This document shows, piece after piece, positions 1 through 11,230 of a stretch of DNA of 64,000 nt. Under the pieces are notes generated by a model. It had not been told where the DNA came from. It saw only the letters and a list, made by a program, of their open reading frames with translations, and did not search any database. The stretch comes from Camelus ferus (Eukaryota), in the NCBI RefSeq assembly GCF_009834535.1, contig NC_045705.1:55366001-55430000 (forward strand), read 5' to 3'. The first letter of the stretch is position 1, and each line of letters opens with the position of its first letter. The position numbers and the translations under genes are program-made.

Positions 1-1974
1 TGCAAATTTCTCTTGCAAATATGACAAACCTGCAAACCAGGGAGTGAGATGATTGGCTTTTGGAGGCTCCACCTCCCCTTCCCATGTTCTTAGTACACCT
101 CCTTCCAATACAGTTGGACCATCATCAGCCTATTATGGCAATGACTCTTCACAGATTTTCTCATTTAAACTGACAGAACATCTACAATTTACCAATTTAA
201 AATGCATTTAGTTAATGCTAAATTCATCCAACCAAGACTGTGATAAGAGGACATTTTTTAATGCTATGAAAACCTCATGGCAGAGTTGAATCTGCCCTTA
301 GATCTTAGAGTAACCCTGCTCCCCATCCTCTTTATCTATATATGGATTCACCCCAAAGCCTATCTTAGGACCAGTGTGTTCAGTTTCTTGAACCACCTGC
401 ACTGGGTTTGACAAATCTGTGCTAAATTGTGGTCCTCTTAACCTCTCTTCTTAAAACCAGAGTGGAGAGCCAACCTTAAGTACGTGGATTGTCTGTTCCT
501 CATATTTAGGGCATGACTTCTGTGGAACTGGAGATCCATTATAGAGATTATTTGTTGACTCTTCACTTACCAACTTCAGTATCACAAGTAAGAGGATGTT
601 TACTGAGCCCCTGGGATGTGCCAAAATTGTGCTAGCTACTGTGAGGAATGACAACTGGTGTACTGGCCCCTTATATCCTTACAAATCCCCACAATGAGCT
701 GGCAGTATGTATCCCTGTGTGCACCCAGTTTGAGTTGAGCTTTGCATAATTATGTTGCCTATTTGCATTGATCTGGAGAAGTCTAGATTAGGAATTAAGA
801 TCAAAATTTTGATCAACTAACAGACTTTTCTTTGAGTCCCTTCTGGGTTTGCACCCAAGAAAGCATAGTGGAGATAGAAAAAGGACTCCTCGAGACCAAC
901 AGAGTGGATTAGATGTTTGAAAATATACCCTTACAATACGTACCATTTTCATATGAGTTATTTCCTTTATATTAGCTCTTTTTAAAATTTTATTTTTTAT
1001 AATCATCCACAGAAGGCTCTTATAAAAGTTAAATATTATCATGCACAGACACTGGTACATTGCAAATGCTCAAAACATTTGAGCTTTTAATCTCATTATT
1101 ATTATTATCAGTATATAAGGACATTTCTGGAAAACAGTGTTGAAGTTGGCCCTTCTGTCCTTTGAGGAACGATAGGAGATGGTAGTGGATAAAACTCTTT
1201 GGGCAACCACGAGATGAAGAGAAGCTCTGTTAGAGAATTCCTTTCTAAAAAATGGCAAATACGGAGTCACACGGAGTCACACCTGTGACTCTGGCTTGAG
1301 TAAAAGAGAACCATGTCTGAGGATATTAAGAACCTCTATTTGTTGGGAAATGTCATTTTTCATTCCTGATATTCTTGAGTGTGGCTTTGGAAGAATCTGC
1401 CCCTGGAGTCCATGCCAGTACTGAGTTGTAGTTATTTTAATTCCCACAGTGTGGGTCAATGGATCTCCATTCCTGCTGCTAGTTTAATGCCAAATTATTT
1501 CATAACTGCAAAAGCTGCCCGTATAACATGATGTCCTGTCTCTTCACCTGCCTGACCTGGAGGACTCGATTCTGTCTCCAGTTCACCTGGAGGCACACTG
1601 TACCACAGGGTGCTGCTGTGACCATTCTCTTGTGATGTCAGAGATTTCAGACTCAGACTGGTTGTTGCTATGCACAGATTAACTCTTGTATCTCAGCCCT
1701 AAACTCCCATCCGAACTCTGCTTTGTGATTCTGGGGCTTGGCCTCTCGGACCCTTTGTCAGTGGCTCCCTCTTACCTTCCACCTACAGAGAGCAACTGAA
1801 AAAGTCTGGAAGGTTGAATCAGGGAGGGGATACTTGCTGCTTCCTCTCCTGTCAATATCCCTCAGCAATGACTCTTCATCCTGGCCATGGAGTTGGTTTT
1901 GGTCTCTGAGATTTGTTGGTTGGTCGGTTGTTTGGGTTTTGGATTTTGTTTTGGTTTTGGTTTTGGTTTGAGTT

Positions 1975-2220
1975 TTAGAACTCCCTGGATCAAATCAGCC
2001 TCACTGAACTCCCTCAGAGGTACCAGCAGCAGCAGGATGGAGTCCCTTCCTCAGAGGTCTTAGTCCCAGTTCTAAGGGGCACCTCCTCTGAGCTCCTGTG
2101 ACACTAGTCCTAGTTAGAGGTAGTGCCCTTCCTAAGAGATCTGAGACACAGCTATATAGGCTCACCTTCAACCTTTTAGGTTCTAATGACCCAATCTCTT
2201 TCCAAGTGTGAGGTCTTCAT
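1975..2220. mobile_element. Ancient ERVL-type LTR fragment (LTR33/LTR41-like)
   Basis: 'gtcccttcctcagaggtcttagtcccagttctaaggggcacctcctctgagctcc...taggttctaatgaccc' resembles the recalled LTR33/41-class consensus. Confidence 0.5.
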
Positions 2221-2249
2221 TCTTCTCTTCTTCAGTGTCTGTCATCACT

Positions 2250-3230
2250 AATTTGCATTTTGTCTTTAAAATTTTGCCTAGTGTGGACATTTAATATAAT
2301 TGGAATCATACAGTGTGTGGCCATTTGTGTCTAGCTGCTTTTCACACAGCATGGTGCTTTCAAGGTTCATCCATTTTGTAGCAGGTATCAGTACTTCATT
2401 ATGGCTGAATAATATTCCATCTTATGGATATACCAAGGTATATTTATCTGTTTATCAGTTGATGGACATTTGTGTTAATACTACTTCTATGCTATTATAA
2501 CTAATGCTGTTATGACATTCATGACAAGTCTTTGTATTGATGTATTTTTAGATTCTCTTGGGTACAAACCTAAGAGTGGAATTTCTGGGTCATAATGGTT
2601 ACTCTGTCTTTAACTTTTCTGAGAAAATGACAATTTTTTTTCCCAAATGGCCAAATTATTTAACATTCTCACTATCAGTGTATTTATTCTCCACATCTTT
2701 ATCAGCACCTAATATCAGTGCTTTGACAATAGCTCCCTTGTCAGTGTAAAGTAGTATTTCATTGTGAATTTGATTTGCATTTCCCGATCAACTAATGATT
2801 TTGAACATCTTTTCATGTGATTATTGGCCGTTATATATACTCTTAGGAAAAATATGTGTTCAGATCCTCTGCCTAGTTTTAATTGGGTTATTTGCTTTTT
2901 ACTGTTGGATTGTAAGAGTTCTTTATGTATTCTGGATACTGGAACCTTATCAGGTATGAGATTTGCAAATATCTTTTCCATTCTGTAGGCTATCTTTTCA
3001 TTTTCTTGATGCTATCCTTTGAAGAATTATGTTTTTAAATTTTGATGAAGTCCAGTGTAACTATTTTCTTTTTTCAGTTGTTTGTCCTTTTAGTATTATA
3101 GCTAAGAAACCATTGCCTAATCCAAGGTCATGAAGATTACCCCTGTGTTTACTTCTAAGAGATTTTATAATTTTAGCTTTTACATTTAGGTTGTTGATAC
3201 ACCTTGAATTAATTTTTGTATATGGTCTGA
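2250..3230 (-). mobile_element. Old LINE-1 3' region (L1MB/L1MC-like)
   Basis: Typical antisense L1 3' text: 'tcaaggttcatccattttgtagc', 'ggtacaaacctaagagtggaatttctgggtcataatgg', 'tgcatttcccgatcaactaatgattttgaacatcttttcatg', 'gcctaatccaaggtcatgaaga'. Confidence 0.9.
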
Positions 3231-3967
3231 TTTTATTTACTTCTTACTGTAGCATTTTATAGATTTGAACTGATTTTTCCTATTTCTTATTTTGCTGATA
3301 GAATTCCTAGTACAAGAGCACCCTCTTCTGTCAGTATCATAAAGATAAGTTTATTTAAAGATAATAACTTTGCCGGGAGGGCAGGGAGAGGTTGACATGT
3401 CTTTGGTTTTCTTTTGTTTCTTTAGGATTTTTTTTTCCTCTCTCATTCCCTCCTTTCTTTTGATTACCACATCTCTAAGGAGGTCCCTCTTTCTTCCAGT
3501 TATCTTCTCCTTCCCCAGAAGCAATCAATGCACTTCTGAGGCCGTTACCTCCAGTCCTACTCACTTTTGAGCCACTTTCCTGTAGCCAGTGATGTTTTCA
3601 GTAGCATCTCTGACGTATGTTAGATATTTTAGAAGTTGGTGTAGATATTTTTATTTCTGGACACTTCCTTTATGCTATGTATGTGTCTCCAAACCCTTCT
3701 CCTCTTTTTCACAATGCCTTTTAAGCCTCGCACTATCCACAGTCTGAACCTAAAGTCAGTGACAACTGTGGAAGCTCCAGCCGAAACTTTTTTCTCTTAA
3801 AATACTTTAAAATCCTGCCATTCTCTGTCTTCTGTTAATGTTGAAGGGGTGAGCCAATGTGGTTTTATTTATACTCCTTCTGATATTATTGAGAGAAGAT
3901 TTTTTTTTGAGAAGATGTATGGTGTGATTCAGAATCCAGCAACCATAATTTCCCTAAGGCCAACGAA

Positions 3968-3987
3968 TACACACATAAACACACACA

Positions 3988-4052
<65 letters not shown>
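3968..4052. repeat. (CA)n microsatellite, about 27 uninterrupted units plus imperfect flank
   Basis: Direct reading of the sequence. Confidence 0.98.
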
Positions 4053-4053
<1 letters not shown>

Positions 4054-4129
4054 TCCATACCTTCATCTGTATGTACATATGTGTGGGTTCACAACCTTGG
4101 GCATTTCCAAGGTGAAATCTGCAACTGGC

Positions 4130-4495
4130 CCCTGTATATGGAAGGCAAAGAGACACCAATGAAAGAGGCAGACCACTCCAGAGTGGTAGGTGACAGTTTT
4201 AATAAGCAAGGACCTTACATATGAGGTTGCAAGATGAGTAGATCTCTACCTCAAACTGCCAGAACCTTTAAAGTTTATATCAAGGTTTTAACTGGGCTCA
4301 GTCTTATATTCAGTCCAGATGGTCTCAACAACACTTTACTTTCTCAAGGCTACGTCCTTGGAATAGCAGCCTAGTGTGGGAATGCTGGGTAGAAGGTACA
4401 TTCCAAGAACAGGGGAAGGGGTGAGGAGCCTTCTGTTGTCCAGGTCCAGCTGGCAGGTCAACAGACAGTCATGTCCTCCCAGTGACCTCCTACCA
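4130..4495. mobile_element. Solo ERV LTR (about 365 bp)
   Basis: 'ggcaaagagacaccaatgaaagaggcagaccactccagagtggtaggtgacagttttaataagcaagg' through 'gtcctcccagtgacctcctacca'; TG...CA termini; resembles Laurasiatherian LTRs; family and TSD not resolved. Confidence 0.65.
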
Positions 4496-4639
4496 TAGGG
4501 GCCATCTATATGTTTGCAGTTGTTACTCTGTACACTTTGGGTATTATGTCTTTAACTGATTTTAATGTCTCATAGGACATACCAAGATTTTTATATACTT
4601 TTTTAGTTGACAACACTGAAGATTTTGCTTTTTTTCCCC

Positions 4640-4810
4640 ATTTTTTATTGAATTATAGGTGATTTACAATGTTGTATTAATTTCTGGTGTACAGCATAGT
4701 GATTCAACTGTACATATATGTATGCATACATATTCTTTTTCATATTTTTCATTACAGTCTACTATACTCCATTGAATATAGTTCCCTGTGTTACACAGAG
4801 ACTTTGTTAT
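4640..4810 (-). mobile_element. 5'-truncated L1 3' end (Cetartiodactyla type)
   Basis: 'ttttttattgaattataggtgatttacaatgttgtattaatttctggtgtacagcatagtgattc...tgaatatagttccctgtg'. Confidence 0.85.
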
Positions 4811-6940
4811 TAACAACTTTTTTTAGATCATTCTGTCAAGATTTTTTGGAAGGAGATTATATTACCTTCAAATGATAATGAATTTTATAGCTTTTTGAAT
4901 AAACATGTTTTCTTCATTAACTAGTTGAATTTCATTGTATCACTGTAATTTCAAAAAGCTGACTGGAAAAACCTTAACTTATTTCTGATTTTAATAGAAA
5001 TTATTTACTTAAAAAGGAAGAATTTTTCTCCCATGTTAATAAACTTCCTTTTTATTATTATTCTATAAACTTTAAAAAATAATTTAGTATTTTGGACTTT
5101 TTCACTAGCCTCAAAATATATGGCATTAAGTATATAATATTTATGCATTAAATATGATATGATGTGTTTAATTTATACATTTTCTAATATTGAATCATTA
5201 TTCTTCTCTGTAATTAGTCCATATAGGCAGTGTAGGATATAGTTTTAAAACTTGGAATGTGAAATTAGAGACAGTAGCTCCATGAGATCAATGAAGAAAT
5301 TTATCATTTTAAGGTCTTAATTTTTACTTATGTAAACTGACATTAATATTATTATCTATGTTTTAGGGCTATGTTGAAAATTAAATAAGGTAATGGAAAT
5401 AAAGTAGTTGGTACTCAGGAAGTAATCTTCCTCTTTCAATAATGTCTATATTAGCTTCTTTTAAAAATATATAACCAAAATGCTTCATCAAATTTAGTTA
5501 CATGTTTCTGTCTGCATCTGTATGGGTGGTGGACCTGTATTTTTCTTTCTTCTCAATATTTTATTCTGAATTTTCTTTCTTCTTTATTTTCTAAATTTGT
5601 TATCAGGAGAATGTTAATTTTCTAAAATGGTTTTGAAAGCTTTGCAAATTTTTAAATATTGCAAAACAGTTAAGAAACATATGAAAAGTTATTGTGGCCT
5701 ACTATCCTACTTAGATGAAAATCTGCAATGACTATTTTTGTCGTCTTCCTTCATCATTTTGATCTGCTTAGTTTTTTCTAAGTCTTGTTTGTGTCAATAT
5801 TGTAATTTCTATTTAGAAAATAATCTGGTCATTTTCTTTATATATTTATACAAAATATTATTTTTCTCTGTTTACTTCCTCTCTCAGTCTACATTACCAT
5901 TACATCTTCACCCTATTGTCTGCATATTCCTTGCTCATTCCTTGAATTTCAACCAGAGTCCCATTTCCAATTAGAAGGCAACTTTATGTTTTTGCAGCTT
6001 CTAGAATATCCAAAGAAATCAATTAACCTATCAAGCTTTCAAACTGGAATGAGAATGACTTTGTATGTTGTCAGCGGCCACTCTCTTACAGTCTGCCCTA
6101 AAACTCACCCTAACCAGACTGAAGGGCATGAAGTTTCACTGAGTCGTCAAGCCCACAGAGCAGTCTCTTAACTCCTCAGGCTTTATAGTCTCCTGACCAC
6201 AAGGCTCTCACCAAGGTAAGGACTGAGTCCCTAAACACCCCCAAGCACTGGGTTCATCTGAGGCTTGAGACCTCATTTCACACCAGTGACTCTACCCTCA
6301 GATTGGATTTAGTTAGCTAAATCTATATACACCAGAAGTAACAACCACATTAGAAATACATTAATTTATTTATTTCCAAATCTTTTAATGTTTTAGAATC
6401 TGCAAACATTTTCACTTTTTTCTTTTTTTTTAGTTATTTCATTTGCAGAGATACTGAAACTCAGCAAGGTCTAAGTGACATTCTCAGGTAAACCTTTCAG
6501 TTGAAGCCAAAGCCTGAATTACCACTGTATCCTGCTTGGTTTCCATGAAATTAATCATTTTCATAGTTATGAACTTAAGCTTCTGACATGTGAATGAAGA
6601 GAATGTCCATGAGAAAGAAAATTATTTAAGGTAGTTACTAGGGGCACAACTTTTTGCAAAGCCTTTCCTCCCTTTAGGGATTTTTTAGTATCAGTACGGT
6701 TTAAATATGAGAAGTTTTTTGCTGTACTTTTCCTGTGATCAAAGGTAGAGTGATTATTTTGGACTCTTTGAGCTGTTCCTATGGGGTGTAAAAATTATGA
6801 CTAATGGGGATAAATTCTGTGTGACTGGCTTGTGTGGGAATGCCAGAGGAGTTTAACAAAAATATTTCCAGTATTTACTTCTGCTTGGACCTGTTATTGC
6901 CCTGCTGAGTGATCGTGGAAGACTTTCTTGCGGTTAAATG

Positions 6941-7885
6941 TCAATAGCTTTTAGGGTTAAGCATCCTAAGTACTCGCTCTCTTATCTGCTTTGTCCTGAC
7001 CCCATAGATAACAGGGTTAAGGGCAGGGGGAACGACCACGTATAGATTGGCTAGAAGTATGTGGATGTAATGAGGGACGCTGTGGCCAAAGCGGTGTGTC
7101 ATGAAGGAGAAGAGTGCAGGCAGGTAGAAGGCCAACATGACACAGACATGGGAGCCACATGTGCTGAGTGCCTTCAGCCGGGCATCCCAGGATGGGAGGT
7201 GGAAGACTGCTCTGAGGATTTGGACGTAGGAAAATCCAATCACAGAAAGGTCAATGTAGCCCACGGAGAAAGCAATCAAGCCATAGATAACATTGACCCT
7301 AATACTAGCACAAGCCAACTTTGCCAAACCCATGTGTTCACAATAGGTGTGAGGGATAATCCAGACATCACAGAAAGGCAGTCTCAGGATGAGAAATATA
7401 AATGGAGTCACAAACACCAAAGTCCTGACTATGATGACTATGCCCAGCATGGCTATCACCTTGTTGGTGAGGATCATGCTGTACCTCAGGGGGTTACAGA
7501 TGACAATATATCGGTCTATGGCTATGACTGTCAGCACCACTGACTCCCCAGGCCAGTGCATATATGGATCACGTACATCTGTGTGATGCAGGCACCAAAC
7601 ACAATCTCCCCTGAGATTGAACCAGAAAATGCCCAGCATCTTGGGGATGGTGGCTGTGGACAGGCCAAGATCAGTGCAGGCCAACATGGCCAGGAAGTAA
7701 AACATAGGTTGGTGGAGGCTGCGTTCAGTCTGGATCACAAACAGGATGGCAGCGTTCCCCAGGAGGGCTATTAGATACACTGCAAAGAAGGGGAAGCCTA
7801 TCCACACATGTGCATCTTCTAGCCCCGGAATCCCTATCAGAAGGAAGGAGGAGGGATGGAACTGTGTATTGTTGGGGTGCAGCAT
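6941..7885 (-). CDS. OR52E5: Class I olfactory receptor 52E5-like; 314-aa open frame with two compensating frameshifts in TM3 (probable cryptic pseudogene)
   Basis: OR motifs [49 protein letters not shown]; N-terminus [11 protein letters not shown] matches recalled human OR52E5 (MLHTNNTQFHP); residues between the G-runs at 7608-7611 and 7546-7549 are out of the OR frame. Confidence 0.9.
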   Translation of the reverse strand: MLHPNNTQFHPSSFLLIGIPGLEDAHVWIGFPFFAVYLIALLGNAAILFVIQTERSLHQPMFYFLAMLACTDLGLSTATIPKMLGIFWFNLRGDCVWCLHHTDVRDPYMHWPGESVVLTVIAIDRYIVICNPLRYSMILTNKVIAMLGIVIIVRTLVFVTPFIFLILRLPFCDVWIIPHTYCEHMGLAKLACASIRVNVIYGLIAFSVGYIDLSVIGFSYVQILRAVFHLPSWDARLKALSTCGSHVCVMLAFYLPALFSFMTHRFGHSVPHYIHILLANLYVVVPPALNPVIYGVRTKQIRERVLRMLNPKSY

Positions 7886-7887
7886 AC

Positions 7888-7906
7888 CTGTGGGAATTGG
7901 TTATAG
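7888..7906 (-). promoter_or_regulatory. Splice acceptor 2 nt before the OR52E5 ATG
   Basis: Minus strand 'ctataaccaattcccacag|gtATG'; OR CDSs typically lie in a last exon with an acceptor just upstream. Confidence 0.6.
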
Positions 7907-8682
7907 ACACATTTCTTGCAGTTTTCTTGTTTCCAGTGAGAGACCCTAACCCCTTTCATAGCACGTTGCCTATTTTCTGGAGGAATAGAAAATCCATTCT
8001 TTAATTCCATAATATAGCAGAGGAGACCTAGAGAGGAATATGAGGCAGAGTTAAAAGACACTCTCACTTCAAAGTATTTGCCTCACCTACATAGAAAACC
8101 ATACAAAGTTTTCAAGGTACAGCAGTCCTGCATATGTCTCTCTTCCCTTCAGTTTCTAAGCAAGAACCTTCATATGGCATTAAATTAACAAATATTTATT
8201 GTCAATTATATCCGTTAGTCAGGATGTAAAGCCTAAACAAGATGGTGTGGGTGTGTGTATGTGTGTGTGTGTTTGCAAAAATCACAGGACTGGGATTGAG
8301 GTAGATGGTTCCGGAGAATGATATGATACATTCTTGAAAAATACACCTGAAAAATTAAGAAAATGGCATGTGGGAGGGAATGCAATAAAGGTGGAGGATT
8401 GGCTAGTGGTGTTTGGATCTAAGCTAAGGAATAGGATTAAGAAATCGAGACAAATTGGGAGACTGTTATGTAACTCCAGCAGAACAATAGTCCCTCTTAG
8501 AACCTCAAAGTCTTGTAACTTTTCCCATGTAGCTTCAATCACCAAAGTAGTTTTTAGCCCAGATTTAATGACAAACTATCCATAGAGCCTTTCCCAGTTG
8601 AGTTATTTTATGATTATTTATTCTTTTTATTATTTTAATAGGTTTGTTTATCTTTCTGTATGTTATTTATCACTAGTTACCG

Positions 8683-8860
8683 GTAGTTCTTAAAGTGTAG
8701 TCCCTGGGTCATGGGTATCAGCATCATCTGGTAACTTGTTATAAATGCCAATTACTGGACACTACCCCAGACTCACTAAATCAGAAACTTGGGGGCTAGG
8801 ATCCAGTAATATGCTAATAAGCCCTCCATCCAGGTGATTCTGATGCTCATTCCAGCTTAC
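8683..8860 (+). mobile_element. MER5A (hAT-Charlie MITE)
   Basis: 'gtagttcttaaagtgtagtccctgg...atcagcatcatctggtaacttgttataaatgc...ccccagactcactaaatcagaaact...ccaggtgattctgatgc' follows the recalled MER5A consensus. Confidence 0.85.
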
Positions 8861-9024
8861 AAAAAACACAGCTAGGTATTTACTACTAGGATATAACTTC
8901 TTTGAGGTCAAAATCAGTGTCAGATTTATCTTCATGGTTTCACAATATTTTATATAGCGATAGACAGCGATCAGCATTAATTAGCAAATGGAAGTTAAAA
9001 GTTTATTGGAAACTATCTTTCCTA

Positions 9025-9300
9025 TTATTGTATATAGGGTCCTAGATAAATACAAACTGAGTTATAGAACTGTGTACAGAAGGATTTTGGAGGAGTTCTC
9101 TGAAGAATCATTCCTGTAGAAAAGTTAGAATGTAGAACTAGGTCAAAGGAGGAGCTGGCTCACCATGAGGTTGCATCTGAGGCCTCCACTGATACAATGG
9201 GAAGTTCTGGGGCTGGAATGGCCCTTCTGTGTCATCCCAAAATAAGGCAAGGATGCCAGTTATTTGTACTCTCATGGTATCCTGTTATTTACCATGAGCT
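9025..9300. mobile_element. Ancient ERVL LTR fragment (LTR33-like)
   Basis: 'gaggcctccactgatacaatgggaagttctggggctggaatggcccttctgtgtcatcccaaaataaggcaagg'. Confidence 0.55.
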
Positions 9301-10539
9301 ACCCTGTATGATGGGACAAAATTTTGGATGAGGTTGTTTCTTGGGTCTGAGGACAATTCCAGAGAGCGGTGCAGTTGTGAGCTCCCAGTATCTGATATTC
9401 CCAGCAGCTGGGAGATAGGTGCATACATAGGTCCTGAAAACAGATTTGGGAGGTGTGGCACAGGGTATACTACAGATAGCGTTGTGTTTCTACTCTCTCT
9501 TGGCTGTATCTTCTCCTTCAATCTTGGGAAACACCCTCTGCTTACTTACTTGTCTGCATTTGAACTTCATACGTCACTTTGTCTTCTTTCTCTACTTGCA
9601 AATATTCTCTGTATTTCTTGTGTTGGGGCAAAACTTTAATTTCTTCCTGGCTATGTCTTGGAATAAAATTCATGTTTACTCTTAGTTAAATAAAAAAGTC
9701 TTCTTAGATACATCAGATATAATTTGCATTCCCAAGGCGTGTGCATACACACACACACGCACTCATACACACACACGTATTTTGATATATTGCAGAAAGG
9801 CTTACAAATCTTAGTTCACTCCAAACAACTTGCCTTAGAATGCATGTTCTGTTTTTGTTTTTTTCTGAACTGAGATTGAATCTCCTGCAATCTTCACAGC
9901 TTCATCTTTCCTGTCGTTGGGAGGCCAGAAATAAGTAAAGATCTTGCATGTGGCATGCAAACCAGGGAATGGTAATCTCTCATTTATTAACATCCTTCTC
10001 ATCTTCATGACGTGTTCCCCTCTCTCAGCCTTTAAAACACTTCTTCCTTCTGTTTTCCTTCGAATTCTCAGAATGCTCCTTGAACTTTGCTTACTCTTTG
10101 TCTTTCTTTATTTTTCCCTTAAGTAGTATTCTGTCCTTACCAGTCTCTACTCAGCCAGTAAGCTCCACAAGGGTGATTCCATTTAATTCTCTGACTATAT
10201 CATGTTTTTTCCTGGTGATTCTAAAAAATATGTTTCTAGAAGACTTCTCCAATTCTCTCTATATTTCTGGTTGCTTCATAGGGTGTTTCCCCCAGATATA
10301 ACTGAGGCACATTTTATTTATCCAGCTCTGTATAAGTTGGTCATCTCTGCTCTGAAACCATTTCTCCACCATGTTCCTCACTCCTAGCTGATGATGTTAC
10401 ACACATAGTGCCCCAGGAAAGAACCCTTCGAGACACCCTCAGTGCTTTCCTCTTTCTATATTCCCTTATGCTTCAGATCAGACATTCATCAATTCCTGTC
10501 AGTTCTCCATTTAAACACACAAATATCATTGGGTAACCT

Positions 10540-11230
10540 CTAGATGTTCAGTATTAGCGGTCACGGTACTGGCAAAATCAAATCCAGGTCTTGTTCTCTG
10601 AACTATGTAGTCTAATGTGGGAGACCAACACTAATCAAATCGCTTAAATAAATGTAAAATAACAGTTGGACTGCTAGGAAGAGTTACTGTACACTCTGAG
10701 CCTATTTAACCCAGTCAGAGTTCACGGGGAATGCCTTCCAAAGAGGTGTTAACTAATATGATAGCTGAAGGATAAGAATTCACTAATAAGTAGAGAGGAC
10801 ACTGAGCAGAGAAAAAATATGTCTGGTTAATAGGAACGAGGTGTGCAAAAGCTGAGTGACGGGAAATTGCATGGTAAATATGGGCGGGGGGTGAAATGCC
10901 AGTAGAACTAGGGCTTAGAAAGCAAGCCCAGGGTGGATGGGATGAGATGGAGGTAGGAAAAGATCATGTAAACCCTTGTGGTTAATTTTAAGTTTTCTCT
11001 TTATCCAAGAAACAAAAGGGAGAAATGGTAGGATTTTAAGCTGCAGTGTAACTTGATCCAATTTACATTTCAAAAATATAACTCTGGTTGCTGTCAAAAA
11101 TGTATTAAAGGCAGCAAGTGCATTTGCAGTCAGATCAGTTAGAAGTTTATAGCAGACGTCCAGGGCAAAGATAATGTTATCTTGTACCACACTGCTAGTG
11201 TTGGAGATTGATTTGAGCAGGTCAGTTTTG
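10540..11230 (-). mobile_element. L2 LINE 3' fragment
   Basis: 'gtctaatgtgggagacc', 'aggaacgaggtgtgcaaaagctgag', 'gatccaatttacatttcaaaaatataactctggttgctgt', 'gtccagggcaaagataatg'. Confidence 0.75.

Noticed and set aside
1261-1291. Tandem 10-mer ACGGAGTCAC x2 next to a 7-bp hairpin (GAGTCAC-acct-GTGACTC)
   Set aside because: Real, but a single short slippage event with no array structure or functional context.
3849-4159. ORFs with HT or CV repeats (also 21391-21858 and 45537-45926)
   Set aside because: Translations of dinucleotide microsatellites, which lack stop codons by construction.
6075-6222. Plus-strand acceptor-like sites and a strong AAG|GTAAGG donor at 6216 (possible antisense exon 3' of OR52E5)
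   Set aside because: Isolated splice-like motifs are expected by chance in 64 kb; no promoter motifs or partner exon.
7061-7774. Plus-strand ORFs of 160, 65 and 72 aa opposite OR52E5, and similar antisense or alternate-frame ORFs over the other ORs
   Set aside because: Shadow frames of GC-richer OR coding sequence; no recognisable domain or independent start context.
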